A stretch of 63,751 bases of DNA. Origin: Candidatus Uhrbacteria bacterium RIFOXYB12_FULL_58_10. Lineage in GTDB: Bacteria; Patescibacteriota; Patescibacteriia; UBA9934; GWF2-40-263. The stretch is from positions 71,548-135,298 of the forward strand of contig MGFA01000016.1 in the NCBI GenBank assembly GCA_001791645.1, written 5' to 3'. The notes under the pieces are model-generated. The model had not been told where the DNA came from, made no database searches, and saw nothing but the letters and a program-made list of their open reading frames with translations. Shown here in pieces: positions 52,994-61,376 of the stretch (position 1 is the stretch's first letter; each line of letters begins with the position of its first letter). The position numbers and the translations under genes are program-made.

Positions 52994-54805
52994 CTAGCGG
53001 ATCCCCTGGGCCTCGAGTTCGACGATCTCCCGCTTCCACCCCTCGCGAACGTCGTCGGTGGAGTTGGGCGGGAGCAGCCGCCGGTCGGTGCAGTTGACGA
53101 GCGCGTGAAGGAGCTGGTAGCGGCGGGTCTTGGCCGTGTCGGACATCACCTTGTTGCCGATGATCTCCACGACCTCGTCCACCGTGAGGTCGCGGCCGCG
53201 CAGCTTGCGCTGAGCCTTGAGCTCGGAGCGGACCGTCTGGAACGCGCCGGCGTAGTACCCGCGCGTAAGCTCGTGGATGCGCTCGAGCTGCTCGGGCGGG
53301 ATCTCGTCGGCCACGCGTCCCTTGAGCATGAACTGCACGAAGGCGTGATGGTCGGGGGAGCCCGGCTCCGGATCCTGCACCACGACGATGCAGTCGCCGC
53401 CGCGCCCTTCGCCGCGCAGGTCGGGCGAGAGCAGGTGGATGCGCGCGGTCAGCATGAGCCACATGATGCGGCCGCGCAGCGCGGAATCCGACATCATCTG
53501 CTGGAACTTGCCGGTCGCGCGCTTCTCAGTCTCGTGGACGTCGCGTCCCACGCCTCCGAACTGGGTGTCGGCCTCGTCGATGAGGACGATCCCCTTCGTG
53601 ATGACCCGGAGCGCGCGGTAGATGCGCTCGATCGCCACGTCGGTCTGGCCGACCCACATGCTGCGGAAGTTCTTGAGCTCGATCACCGGGATGCCGAGCT
53701 CGCCCGCGACCGCCTCGAAGATGTACGTCTTTCCCGTTCGGATCGGCCCGCCCACGATCGCCGCCGCGTAGGCGACGTCGGGGTCGGTGGAGCGCACGCG
53801 CGGGATGAACTCCGCGGTGATCCACGCGAGCAGAGCGGCGTTGCCCTGCAGGTCCTTCATGGCGTGCGTCGGCCGCTTGAACGCGATCACGTCGTCGCCG
53901 ATCTGGGACTTGAGGAACTGCTCCACCTTGTCGACGACCGCGCCGGGGAGAATCGACTCATCCTCCGCGCCGACCAGCAACTGGCGCAACGCCCGGACGG
54001 AGAGCCCGCCGGTATAGGCGGCCAGCTCCTCGAGCGTGCTCCATGCCCTGAGCTTTCGCTCGGGCGGAAGCCGCGTGTCGAACCACCGGATGTACGAGAG
54101 GCGCTCGGCCTCGTCGGGAGACGGGACCTCGACCTCCTCGAGCATCGGCAGTCGGGAGATACGGTCGTGCAGCTGGCTGCGCGATTCGGCCATGAGGATG
54201 ACGCTGTCGTTGCCGTTGACGAACGCGTCCTCCGTGAACCAGTCGTGAAGGATCGCGAGGCGCGAGGCCATCGCGTCGCTCAGCTGATTCACCGGGGCGT
54301 TGGGGAGAAGCAGGTCCGCCCCCTCGACCACGATGACCAGCCGCTTGGCGATGAACGGCGCCGACGTGCGCTCGTCACGCATCCGCGCGAACGAGCACAT
54401 GGCGCGCAGGAGCTCCAGGCATCCCGTGGGATTGCGACGCGTCGCATCGAGGAGTTCCTCGAACGACGTCGCAGCGGCGCCCTCGGCCTTGGTCCGGACG
54501 ACCACGCGGCCGCCGATCACGCGCTCGATGGGCCGTCCCCACTGGTCGTACGCGCGCGAGAACTCCTTCTGGTCGCTCTCGCGGACGAAGCGGATCCCTT
54601 CGTTGACCTCGTAGATCACCATCATCGTGTTGTCCAGGTTGCCCCAGAACGACGCGAGATAGGCGATGAGGGGAACGTAGGAGCCCGCGGCGTCCTTGCC
54701 GTCGACGTGGAGCAGGTCGTGGACGTTCCCGGACAGGATGACCGTCCGTGCCCGTCCGCTGTTGAAGATCCGCGCCAATGTCCGGCGCCACGGGTAGTCG
54801 CTCAT
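52994..54805 (-). CDS. tandem AAA+ ATPase (degenerate N-terminal AAA-like module plus an active classical-clade AAA module)
   Basis: D2 has Walker A GGPIRTGKT and Walker B GIVLIDEADTQFG in a classical AAA layout. The N-terminal half has a Walker-B-like RLVIVVEGADLL but no P-loop. ATG at 54805 with GGAGGA 5 nt upstream. Confidence 0.85.
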   Translation of the reverse strand: MSDYPWRRTLARIFNSGRARTVILSGNVHDLLHVDGKDAAGSYVPLIAYLASFWGNLDNTMMVIYEVNEGIRFVRESDQKEFSRAYDQWGRPIERVIGGRVVVRTKAEGAAATSFEELLDATRRNPTGCLELLRAMCSFARMRDERTSAPFIAKRLVIVVEGADLLLPNAPVNQLSDAMASRLAILHDWFTEDAFVNGNDSVILMAESRSQLHDRISRLPMLEEVEVPSPDEAERLSYIRWFDTRLPPERKLRAWSTLEELAAYTGGLSVRALRQLLVGAEDESILPGAVVDKVEQFLKSQIGDDVIAFKRPTHAMKDLQGNAALLAWITAEFIPRVRSTDPDVAYAAAIVGGPIRTGKTYIFEAVAGELGIPVIELKNFRSMWVGQTDVAIERIYRALRVITKGIVLIDEADTQFGGVGRDVHETEKRATGKFQQMMSDSALRGRIMWLMLTARIHLLSPDLRGEGRGGDCIVVVQDPEPGSPDHHAFVQFMLKGRVADEIPPEQLERIHELTRGYYAGAFQTVRSELKAQRKLRGRDLTVDEVVEIIGNKVMSDTAKTRRYQLLHALVNCTDRRLLPPNSTDDVREGWKREIVELEAQGIR

Positions 54806-54886
54806 TCGAGTCCTCCGGAAGGAACGTTGGGATGTCTTCCTCTGAGCGCACGAACCTCTCATGCGCTGGGAAAAAGAGGGGAACCG

Positions 54887-55861
54887 TCAGGTTCCCCGAG
54901 TTGCCGCGAGGACGCCCTCGACCTCGCCCGCGCGCACCTGGTCCCAGAAGCGGACGTGGGTGCCGACGGGCGGCTTGGGGGTGTCCTTCCTCATCACGAG
55001 CGAGCGGATGAGGTCGCGCTGCGGGGCGTAGGAGGCGAGGTCCACGGACTGGCCGGGCTCCTCCACCGACGCCTTCTCGTCGTACACGATGGTGGCGCCG
55101 GGGCACGCCTCGTGCCCGTCCGCCTTCCAGTCCCAGTGCTGGGACAGGCCCACCACCCGGTCGCCGACGAGGATGGCCTCGTTGAGCTCGTGGGTGACGA
55201 TGAGCATCGTGTACGGGGGCATGGCTCCGCGCCGCGCGGCCGCCATGTTCTCGGCGTACAGCCCGAGCAGCGTCTGCTGGAGCGACTCGCGGGTCGCGTC
55301 GTCGAGCGCGCCGAACGGCTCGTCGAGGAGCAGGATCTCCGGCTCCATGATGAGCGCCTGCGCGATCGCGACGCGCTGCCGCTGCCCGCCCGAGAGCTGG
55401 TGCGGGTACTTGTCGACGTGGCCGGCGAGACCGAGCTTCTCGAGCATCGCCGCCGCGCGTTCGCGCTGCTGCGCGCGGACCTTGCGCCACGCGAACGGGC
55501 GCAGCGTCCGGAACGCCGGCGACGTGTCACGGACCATGGGCCCGAAGGCGACGTTGCCGAGCGCGGACAGGTGCGGGTAGAGCTGGTAGTCCTGCAGCAC
55601 CATGCAGCGGTCGGCCCCGATCCCGTTGACCGGATGCCGCTCCCCGGCGCGCGGGTGGATCTCGACGGCGCCCGCCGTGGGGCGGAGCTTGCCGAAGATC
55701 TGGAAGAGCAGCGTGGACTTGCCGCACCCCGAGGGTCCGACGAGCCCCACTATCTGCCCGCGGGCGATGTCGAGACGGACGTCGTGCAGCACGCGCGTCC
55801 GCTCGTCGAACGCGTGGCCGACCGCGTCGCACGAGACGACGATGTCGTGGTGGCGAGGCAT
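54887..55861 (-). CDS. ABC transporter ATP-binding protein (NitT/TauT family-like)
   Basis: GPSGCGKST, LSGGQRQR, LLLDEPFGALD and VTHE motifs. The ATG at 55861 overlaps the permease stop (ATGA). A C-terminal extension of about 80 aa is present. Confidence 0.92.
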   Translation of the reverse strand: MPRHHDIVVSCDAVGHAFDERTRVLHDVRLDIARGQIVGLVGPSGCGKSTLLFQIFGKLRPTAGAVEIHPRAGERHPVNGIGADRCMVLQDYQLYPHLSALGNVAFGPMVRDTSPAFRTLRPFAWRKVRAQQRERAAAMLEKLGLAGHVDKYPHQLSGGQRQRVAIAQALIMEPEILLLDEPFGALDDATRESLQQTLLGLYAENMAAARRGAMPPYTMLIVTHELNEAILVGDRVVGLSQHWDWKADGHEACPGATIVYDEKASVEEPGQSVDLASYAPQRDLIRSLVMRKDTPKPPVGTHVRFWDQVRAGEVEGVLAATRGT

Positions 55862-56667
55862 CAGCGCTTCTCCGGGTTGTACCAACGGAACGCCCGCTTC
55901 TGCAGGAACCCCATGGCGTAGGTGAACGCGATTCCCCCGAGGGCGAGCACCGCGAGATACGGGACGATCATGGACATCTCGCTCTTCATCATGACGAGCT
56001 TGATGCGGTAGCCGATCCCCTCCCCGCCCCCGATGGACATCTCGGAGCCGAGCAGGATGAGCATCGCCCCCGCGAACGCCAGGACGGTGAGGTCCACGAA
56101 CCGCGGGAGCACCTGCGGCACGATGACGCAGGCGATCACCTCGAAGGTGCTCGCGCCGCGCATGCGCGCCGTGTCGAGCAGGCCCGGCGGGATGGACCGG
56201 ACCGCGAGGCGCACCCCCTGCTCCACGCTCGGCAGGATGCCGAGCGCGATCATGGAGATGAACATCAGGTGCCCGCTGGGCACGAAGACGTAGTACACCG
56301 CGATCATCGCCATGGCCGGGATGCTGCTGAGCGGGGACAGCACCGGCAGGAACGCCGCGTGGCCCGCCTGGTAGCACCCGGTGAACAGCCCGAGGAAGAA
56401 CGCGACGCTCACCCCGATGGCGAGGCCGCACGCGAGCCGCAGACCGCTCGCCTGGAGGTCGATGAGGAACCAACGGCCCTCCCCCATCCTCGACTTCCAG
56501 AGCTGCATCCACCCGTCGTGGAGCTGCGAGAGGTTGGGGATGGTCTTGTCGGTGGGGTTGACCGCGTGCTTCCACTCCGACAGGACGAAGTAGGCGGTGA
56601 CGATGAGCGCGAGCGAGACAAGGGTGATGAGCACCGTCGTCCGCCGGCTGAGGGGCGATCCGATCAT
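55861..56667 (-). CDS. ABC transporter permease (NitT/TauT family-like)
   Basis: 6 TM segments. ATG at 56667 with GGAGA upstream. Confidence 0.85.
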   Translation of the reverse strand: MIGSPLSRRTTVLITLVSLALIVTAYFVLSEWKHAVNPTDKTIPNLSQLHDGWMQLWKSRMGEGRWFLIDLQASGLRLACGLAIGVSVAFFLGLFTGCYQAGHAAFLPVLSPLSSIPAMAMIAVYYVFVPSGHLMFISMIALGILPSVEQGVRLAVRSIPPGLLDTARMRGASTFEVIACVIVPQVLPRFVDLTVLAFAGAMLILLGSEMSIGGGEGIGYRIKLVMMKSEMSMIVPYLAVLALGGIAFTYAMGFLQKRAFRWYNPEKR

Positions 56668-56779
56668 GTTGTCTCCGTTCTCAAAAGGGCTTCCTCTTCT
56701 CTTAAGGGCACGGACCTCCCGTGTCCTTGAGAAAAGAGCGGTCACTGGGACCGCTAGTGCCGCGGGGCGGCGCTCAGGT

Positions 56780-57886
56780 CTAGAGCGCCTCCATGGCCGA
56801 GGCGTCGAAGCGCAGGTAGGCCTGCGTGTCGGGGATGCCGGTGGGCGCGGCGCCGTAGGCGACGACCGGCTCGGTGGTCACCACGCCGCCCGCCATGACG
56901 AACTGCACCATGCGGGGCATCGTCTCGCGGAGCTGGGCGCCGTTCCACACGGCCAGGCCCTCGGCCGACGACCCGTAGAACTTGGTCTCGACCACCGCGA
57001 TGTTCATGTCCTCCACCGAGGAGGCGCCGAACTTCTCGCCGGCGGCGACCAGCAGCTCGTCGCGCTGCGGGCCCTGGAGCCGGTCGTTGAAGTCGTAGAA
57101 GGCGGCCGTGAGGGCGCCCTGAGCGGCGGCCGCCCCGGGCTTGGCCGCGGAAGCCTCCGACATCACGAGCATGTCCACGATCTCGCCGCCGATGGCGCGG
57201 CTGGTGACGAGCGGGTGCATGTCCGCCCGCTCCTTGCGGATCGCGATGCCGTACGGGTTCCACACCACGCCGGCGCCGAAGCTCTCGTTGTGGCCCATGA
57301 TCGCCTGGGTGACCGCTTCCGGGGTCTCGCCGACCCAGATGAAGTCCGCCTGGTTGAGCCCGGCGATCTCGACGTTGCGCCGGAACATGTACTCGGACAC
57401 CGAGCCGGCGAGGCCGTGCACCTTCTTGCCCTTGAGCTGGGCGAGGTCGGTGATCTTCGTGGACGTCCACGCCTGGTCCCCGCCGAAGCTGGTCGAGGTG
57501 GGGAGGAACGCCACGGACCGGACGCCGGTCGCGAGCGTGTCGAGGTTGGTCAGCGCGACGATGTCGAGCTGGCCCGAGCTGTACTTCGCGATGCAGTCGT
57601 CGTACGTGCCCTCCACGAGGACGATGTCGACGTTGTACTGCTTCTCGAAGGTGCCGAGCTCGCCCTCGTCGCCGTCGAGCGTGCCCGCCTTGTGCATGGC
57701 CCAGAAGGCCGACCAGGACGGGTACTCGGACCAGCCGACGGTGAACGGGCCCGCGGGGGGCGCCGTGGTCGTGGCGGGCGTGGCGGCGTCGGGGCCGGTC
57801 GCGTTGGTGCCGTTGTCGGCGCTCGTGGGTGCGTCGCCGGAGCAGCCGATGGCGAGCGCGATGAGCGCGATGGGAAGGAACCGCAT
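56780..57886 (-). CDS. ABC transporter substrate-binding lipoprotein (NMT1/TauA-like fold)
   Basis: Signal peptide plus lipobox (LAIGC). FTVGWSEYPSWSAFW...NVDIVLVEGTYDDCIAKYSSGQLDIVALTNLD is typical of NMT1/TauA-type binding proteins. Confidence 0.78.
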   Translation of the reverse strand: MRFLPIALIALAIGCSGDAPTSADNGTNATGPDAATPATTTAPPAGPFTVGWSEYPSWSAFWAMHKAGTLDGDEGELGTFEKQYNVDIVLVEGTYDDCIAKYSSGQLDIVALTNLDTLATGVRSVAFLPTSTSFGGDQAWTSTKITDLAQLKGKKVHGLAGSVSEYMFRRNVEIAGLNQADFIWVGETPEAVTQAIMGHNESFGAGVVWNPYGIAIRKERADMHPLVTSRAIGGEIVDMLVMSEASAAKPGAAAAQGALTAAFYDFNDRLQGPQRDELLVAAGEKFGASSVEDMNIAVVETKFYGSSAEGLAVWNGAQLRETMPRMVQFVMAGGVVTTEPVVAYGAAPTGIPDTQAYLRFDASAMEAL

Positions 57887-57941
57887 GCTATTTCTTGCCT
57901 CGTTCTTGGTGTCAGCAGGCTGCCCGCCTGCAAAGGGTGGT

Positions 57942-57972
57942 CACCCGCCCCGGGTTCTAGCCGGGGCGGGTG
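57942..57972. other. 12-bp perfect GC-rich hairpin in the intergenic region
   Basis: CACCCGCCCCGG-GTTCTAG-CCGGGGCGGGTG, between the PspA-like gene and the binding-protein gene. No clean U-tract on either strand. Confidence 0.6.
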
Positions 57973-58017
57973 GGAAAAGAGAGGGAGGCTGGGTCTCCCT
58001 CGAGTTGTAGCCGCCCT

Positions 58018-58854
58018 CTAGGGCAGCTGGTCGATGCGCTTCTGCGCCGTGTCGGCCGCGGGGGCCGGGGTCGCGGCGGGCGCGTCCTTGGCGGCCGCGC
58101 CGAACACCTTGTCCGCGAACGCGGCCTTGGCGGCGGCCGAACGGCCGGCGGACCGGACCTTGGCGCGCTGCGCGGTGGTGTCGGTCCCGGCGAGCGCGGC
58201 GGAGAGCCGCGCCTCGGCCTTGACCTGGCCGCGCGCCTCGCGCAGGCTGCGCAGCCTCTCGCCGGTCCCGTCGGTGGCGAGCCCGGAGAGCATGTCGTTG
58301 ATCTGGGCCAGCTCCTTGTTCGAGATGACCTCGGCGACGGCCTGCGCCTGCTCGACCTTGAGGTCCTCGATCTGCCGCATCACGCCCTTCAGGTTGAGCG
58401 TCTGCTCGTCGATCTGCTCGCCGAGCTGGGCGATGAGGGTCTCCAGGTCCGTGATGCGCGCCCTCTTGTCCCCGAGCGACGAAGACCAGTCGGTGTGGGA
58501 CTCGATCAGCCCGAGGTATTCGGGATCGGCCTCCACGTCCGCCTGGGACTTCCCGGCGGCGACGAGCTTGTTCGCGCGCGCGATGGCCGCGGCCTCGGCG
58601 CCGGCCACGTCCGTGGCGAGCTCCTCGGCCTCGTCCTCGACCCGCTCGAGCTCGGTCTTGTAGCCCTCCTGGGTGCGGATGAGGGTCGCGATCGCCTCCT
58701 TGAGCCGCCGAGCGCTGCCCGACTTCTCCTGGATGACGCTCCCGTACTCGTGCTTCATCACGTCGGGGTCCTGCCGCAGCTTGTCGGTGGAACGGTCCAC
58801 CGTGCCGAAGATCTTGGCGAAGAACGCGCTGATCCATGCGCCGATCGATCCCAT
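58018..58854 (-). CDS. PspA/IM30-like coiled-coil protein
   Basis: ATG at 58854 with AGGAGA upstream. N-terminal amphipathic MGSIGAWISAFFAKIFGTVDRSTDKLRQDPDVM, then long heptad-like helices and an Ala-rich tail. The call rests on pattern resemblance, not a database match. Confidence 0.55.
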   Translation of the reverse strand: MGSIGAWISAFFAKIFGTVDRSTDKLRQDPDVMKHEYGSVIQEKSGSARRLKEAIATLIRTQEGYKTELERVEDEAEELATDVAGAEAAAIARANKLVAAGKSQADVEADPEYLGLIESHTDWSSSLGDKRARITDLETLIAQLGEQIDEQTLNLKGVMRQIEDLKVEQAQAVAEVISNKELAQINDMLSGLATDGTGERLRSLREARGQVKAEARLSAALAGTDTTAQRAKVRSAGRSAAAKAAFADKVFGAAAKDAPAATPAPAADTAQKRIDQLP

Positions 58855-58891
58855 GTGGGTATCTCCTGTGCTTGTTGACTGACGAACAACC

Positions 58892-59656
58892 TTACGATTC
58901 GGTTTCCCGAGAGAGTGGACGACGGCCGCTGCCAAGGTTGCGAAGGCGAGCTTCCGTCCGGATGGTGGTCGCGACCGACTCCTCGAGGGAACGTCGGGCA
59001 CGGGCCTGGTCTTCGGTCGAGCGTGACTCGACCATGAGCTGCTGCAGTTGCGTCAGCATCGTTCCGAGCGTGCTGACACTGGTCTGGGCGTCCGCGATGA
59101 ACGCCTCCCGCTGCTGCATGAGCTGCTCGCACGTCGGCTGATGCGTGATTTGCCGCGAGCTCTCGAAGAGCTGCAGCGCGTCGCGCAACCCCTGGATCGA
59201 GGTGTCGAACAGCAGCCGCGAGGCATGCTGCGTGTCGATCCGCGACCGTTGGTCGAGACGGGCGATCCACGGCATCTCATCCGTGAACTGCCCGTCGAGC
59301 GACCGGAGGTCGTCGAGGATCTTCTCGTCCCTCGAATCGCCGTCCGCGCAGAGCCTCCGACGCAGTTCGTCGAGCTCCTGCTCGCGGGATCGCACGTCCT
59401 CCTGGTGGGCGGCCGCGCTTTCCCCGTCCAACTCCTTCTTCACCCCTTCCCGTACTTCCTCCATCCTGAAGAGGAACCGGTAGCCGACGACGCCGGCGGT
59501 GGTGAGGAGACAGAGGATTCCGGCAAAGACCGGCACCCCAGGATGTGACGCGACCGTCGCGCCGGCGAAGGCGATCAAGCTCCCAAGCGCTGGGATGATG
59601 ACCGCCGGCTTCCCGACCAGATTCACGAGGATCCTGGTTTTCAGGCTGTCTGCCAT
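58892..59656 (-). CDS. membrane protein (2 TM) with a cytoplasmic coiled-coil domain
   Basis: Hydrophobic segments at residues ~15-35 and ~42-62, then a Glu/Arg/Gln-rich helical region. AGGAGA lies upstream of the ATG. Confidence 0.6.
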   Translation of the reverse strand: MADSLKTRILVNLVGKPAVIIPALGSLIAFAGATVASHPGVPVFAGILCLLTTAGVVGYRFLFRMEEVREGVKKELDGESAAAHQEDVRSREQELDELRRRLCADGDSRDEKILDDLRSLDGQFTDEMPWIARLDQRSRIDTQHASRLLFDTSIQGLRDALQLFESSRQITHQPTCEQLMQQREAFIADAQTSVSTLGTMLTQLQQLMVESRSTEDQARARRSLEESVATTIRTEARLRNLGSGRRPLSRETES

Positions 59657-59668
59657 CGGCCATGTCTC

Positions 59669-61255
59669 CTAGTAACTGGGTTGCATGAGCGCGAACGTTA
59701 CGCTCTGGGCCGCGCCCTGGTGGCCAGAGGGCCTGGCTCCGACGGCGCGCACCCGGTTGGGGTTCACGCCGTGGTCCGTGATGTACTTGGCGGCCGTCTC
59801 GGCACGCGCCTTCGCGAGCGCCAGGTTGGCCTCCGGGTCCCCCTCGGCCCGGGCGTGTCCCACCACGGTGATGTAGTAGGAACTCCACGAGCGCAGGTGC
59901 ATCACGAGCTGGTCGAGGTCGCGCGCGCCCTGCATTTCGAGCTCGCTCGCCGCGCGGCGGAACGAGATCGGCTCCACGCGGGCGTTGCCGACCACGCTCA
60001 TCTTGGTCCACTGCTCCTCGGCGAGCGCTGGCAGCTCCTCCACGCCGCGGATGGCGTCGAGGTCACCCGACTCCAGCCCGGGGACCGCGCCGGCGTTGGC
60101 CACCGGGTGGAAACCTTGAAGCTGGAGGTTCGCGAGGGTGGTCTTCGAGTGAAAGAGCGCCGAGTAGTCGCCGTTGAACGGGTCACTCCTGATCGCCCCG
60201 GTCTCGACATACACGCGCACCACCTTGCGGAAGATGTCCTCCCAGTTGGAGAGGCCCCTTGCCTCGGCGGGCGGGATGAGCCCGAACCGCGCGTAGTTCT
60301 CGAGCGTGTTGGTGAAGCGCACGCCCTTGGCGATGGCACCGGCCTGCGACTCGGAGAACTTGCCGGCCTTGGTGTCCTTCGCGTCCGCGATGAGCAGCTC
60401 GGTGAGCGCCTTCGGGTCGTTGCCGAGCCGGTAGGTCGCGCGCAGGTGCGCGGCGATCACGGCCTCGACGACGTCCGGGTGCTCGGCGAGGAACTCGCGC
60501 CGTGCCACGAGCACGTCCACCACGTACTCGTGCACCATCGAGGTGTCGAACACCGCGTAGGCGGCCGGCTCGGAAAGCGACATCGACAGGTACGGCTCCC
60601 ACATGCAGTACAGGTGGGTCGGATTCACGTCGATGCGAAACCGGTTGAAGGCGTCGGCGGCCCCATCGGTGGCGACGAACCAGTCGCCCGCGAGCGCGTT
60701 GAACTGCAGGTCGGCGCGGGCGACCCGGGCGATGAACTCGCTCGGGCTGTCCGGCGTCCCGTAGAACTTCGTGGCCGGGGTGTCGAGCGTCGCGGGCTTC
60801 TGGCCCTTGTCGTCGACATGCGCGACGCACCCGTCCGCCCCAACCGACTCGTCGATGGCGAGCACGATGAGGCCCGGAAACCCACCGGCGTCGGCCGCGC
60901 TCTTCACGAGAGAGTCCACCGTGAACACGGCGAGGTCCGCCTCGCCCGTCTTCAACGCCTCGAGCCGCGCCGCGTAGTTGGCCCCGTCGTCGCGGAAGTC
61001 CAGCTTGATCCCCTGCGCCTTGAGGTCCTGCTGGACCTCGGGCGAACGCAGGGGGGCGTACCCGGAGAAGTCGTCGTCCGCCACCGTGGCCACGACGCGG
61101 TATTGGGCGTCCGACGCCAGGCTCTCGGTGAGCCGCTGGTCGAGCAACGGGCTGACCAGGAAGTGCCACGCGGCGACCGCGCTGACGATCAAAACGACAG
61201 CGAATCCGCCGAACGCCAGCATCTTGATGCTGCGCCGGGTGTCGACACCAGCCAT
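59669..61255 (-). CDS. TM-anchored fusion of a solute-binding-like domain and an OmpA/MotB-like peptidoglycan-binding domain
   Basis: N-terminal TM (MLAFGGFAVVLIVSAVAAW), an NMT1/TauA-like segment (GIKLDFRDDGANYAARLEALKTGEADLAVFTVDSL), and C-terminal ITVVGHARAEGDPEANLALAKARAETAAKYITDHGVNPNRVRAVG. Confidence 0.75.
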   Translation of the reverse strand: MAGVDTRRSIKMLAFGGFAVVLIVSAVAAWHFLVSPLLDQRLTESLASDAQYRVVATVADDDFSGYAPLRSPEVQQDLKAQGIKLDFRDDGANYAARLEALKTGEADLAVFTVDSLVKSAADAGGFPGLIVLAIDESVGADGCVAHVDDKGQKPATLDTPATKFYGTPDSPSEFIARVARADLQFNALAGDWFVATDGAADAFNRFRIDVNPTHLYCMWEPYLSMSLSEPAAYAVFDTSMVHEYVVDVLVARREFLAEHPDVVEAVIAAHLRATYRLGNDPKALTELLIADAKDTKAGKFSESQAGAIAKGVRFTNTLENYARFGLIPPAEARGLSNWEDIFRKVVRVYVETGAIRSDPFNGDYSALFHSKTTLANLQLQGFHPVANAGAVPGLESGDLDAIRGVEELPALAEEQWTKMSVVGNARVEPISFRRAASELEMQGARDLDQLVMHLRSWSSYYITVVGHARAEGDPEANLALAKARAETAAKYITDHGVNPNRVRAVGARPSGHQGAAQSVTFALMQPSY

Positions 61256-61334
61256 GGGAATGTCCTCACTTGTTGAAGGTCTGTCTCTTGTCCTGGACGC
61301 GCGACCCTTCGATTTCTCTCAGGGTCGTGCATCC

Positions 61335-61366
61335 GGGGAAAAGACCGTCGCCGATGCGGCGACGGT
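61335..61366 (-). terminator. intrinsic terminator-like hairpin after the VWA gene
   Basis: Minus strand: ACCGTCGCCG-CAT-CGGCGACGGT followed by CTTTTCCCC. Confidence 0.5.
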
Positions 61367-61376
61367 AGTACGGCCA

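Noticed and set aside
52922-55921. 999-aa plus-strand ORF, the longest in the window
   Set aside because: It is antisense to the AAA+ and ABC ATPase genes in 70% GC DNA. It is extremely rich in Arg/Gly/Asp/Leu/His with no motifs, while the minus-strand frames carry Walker A/B and ABC signature motifs.
54887-56575. 562-aa version of the ABC ATPase ORF
   Set aside because: The N-terminal ~237 aa are an out-of-frame read through the permease gene and are Arg/Pro/Gly-rich. The ABC domain begins at the ATG at 55861, which overlaps the permease stop (ATGA).
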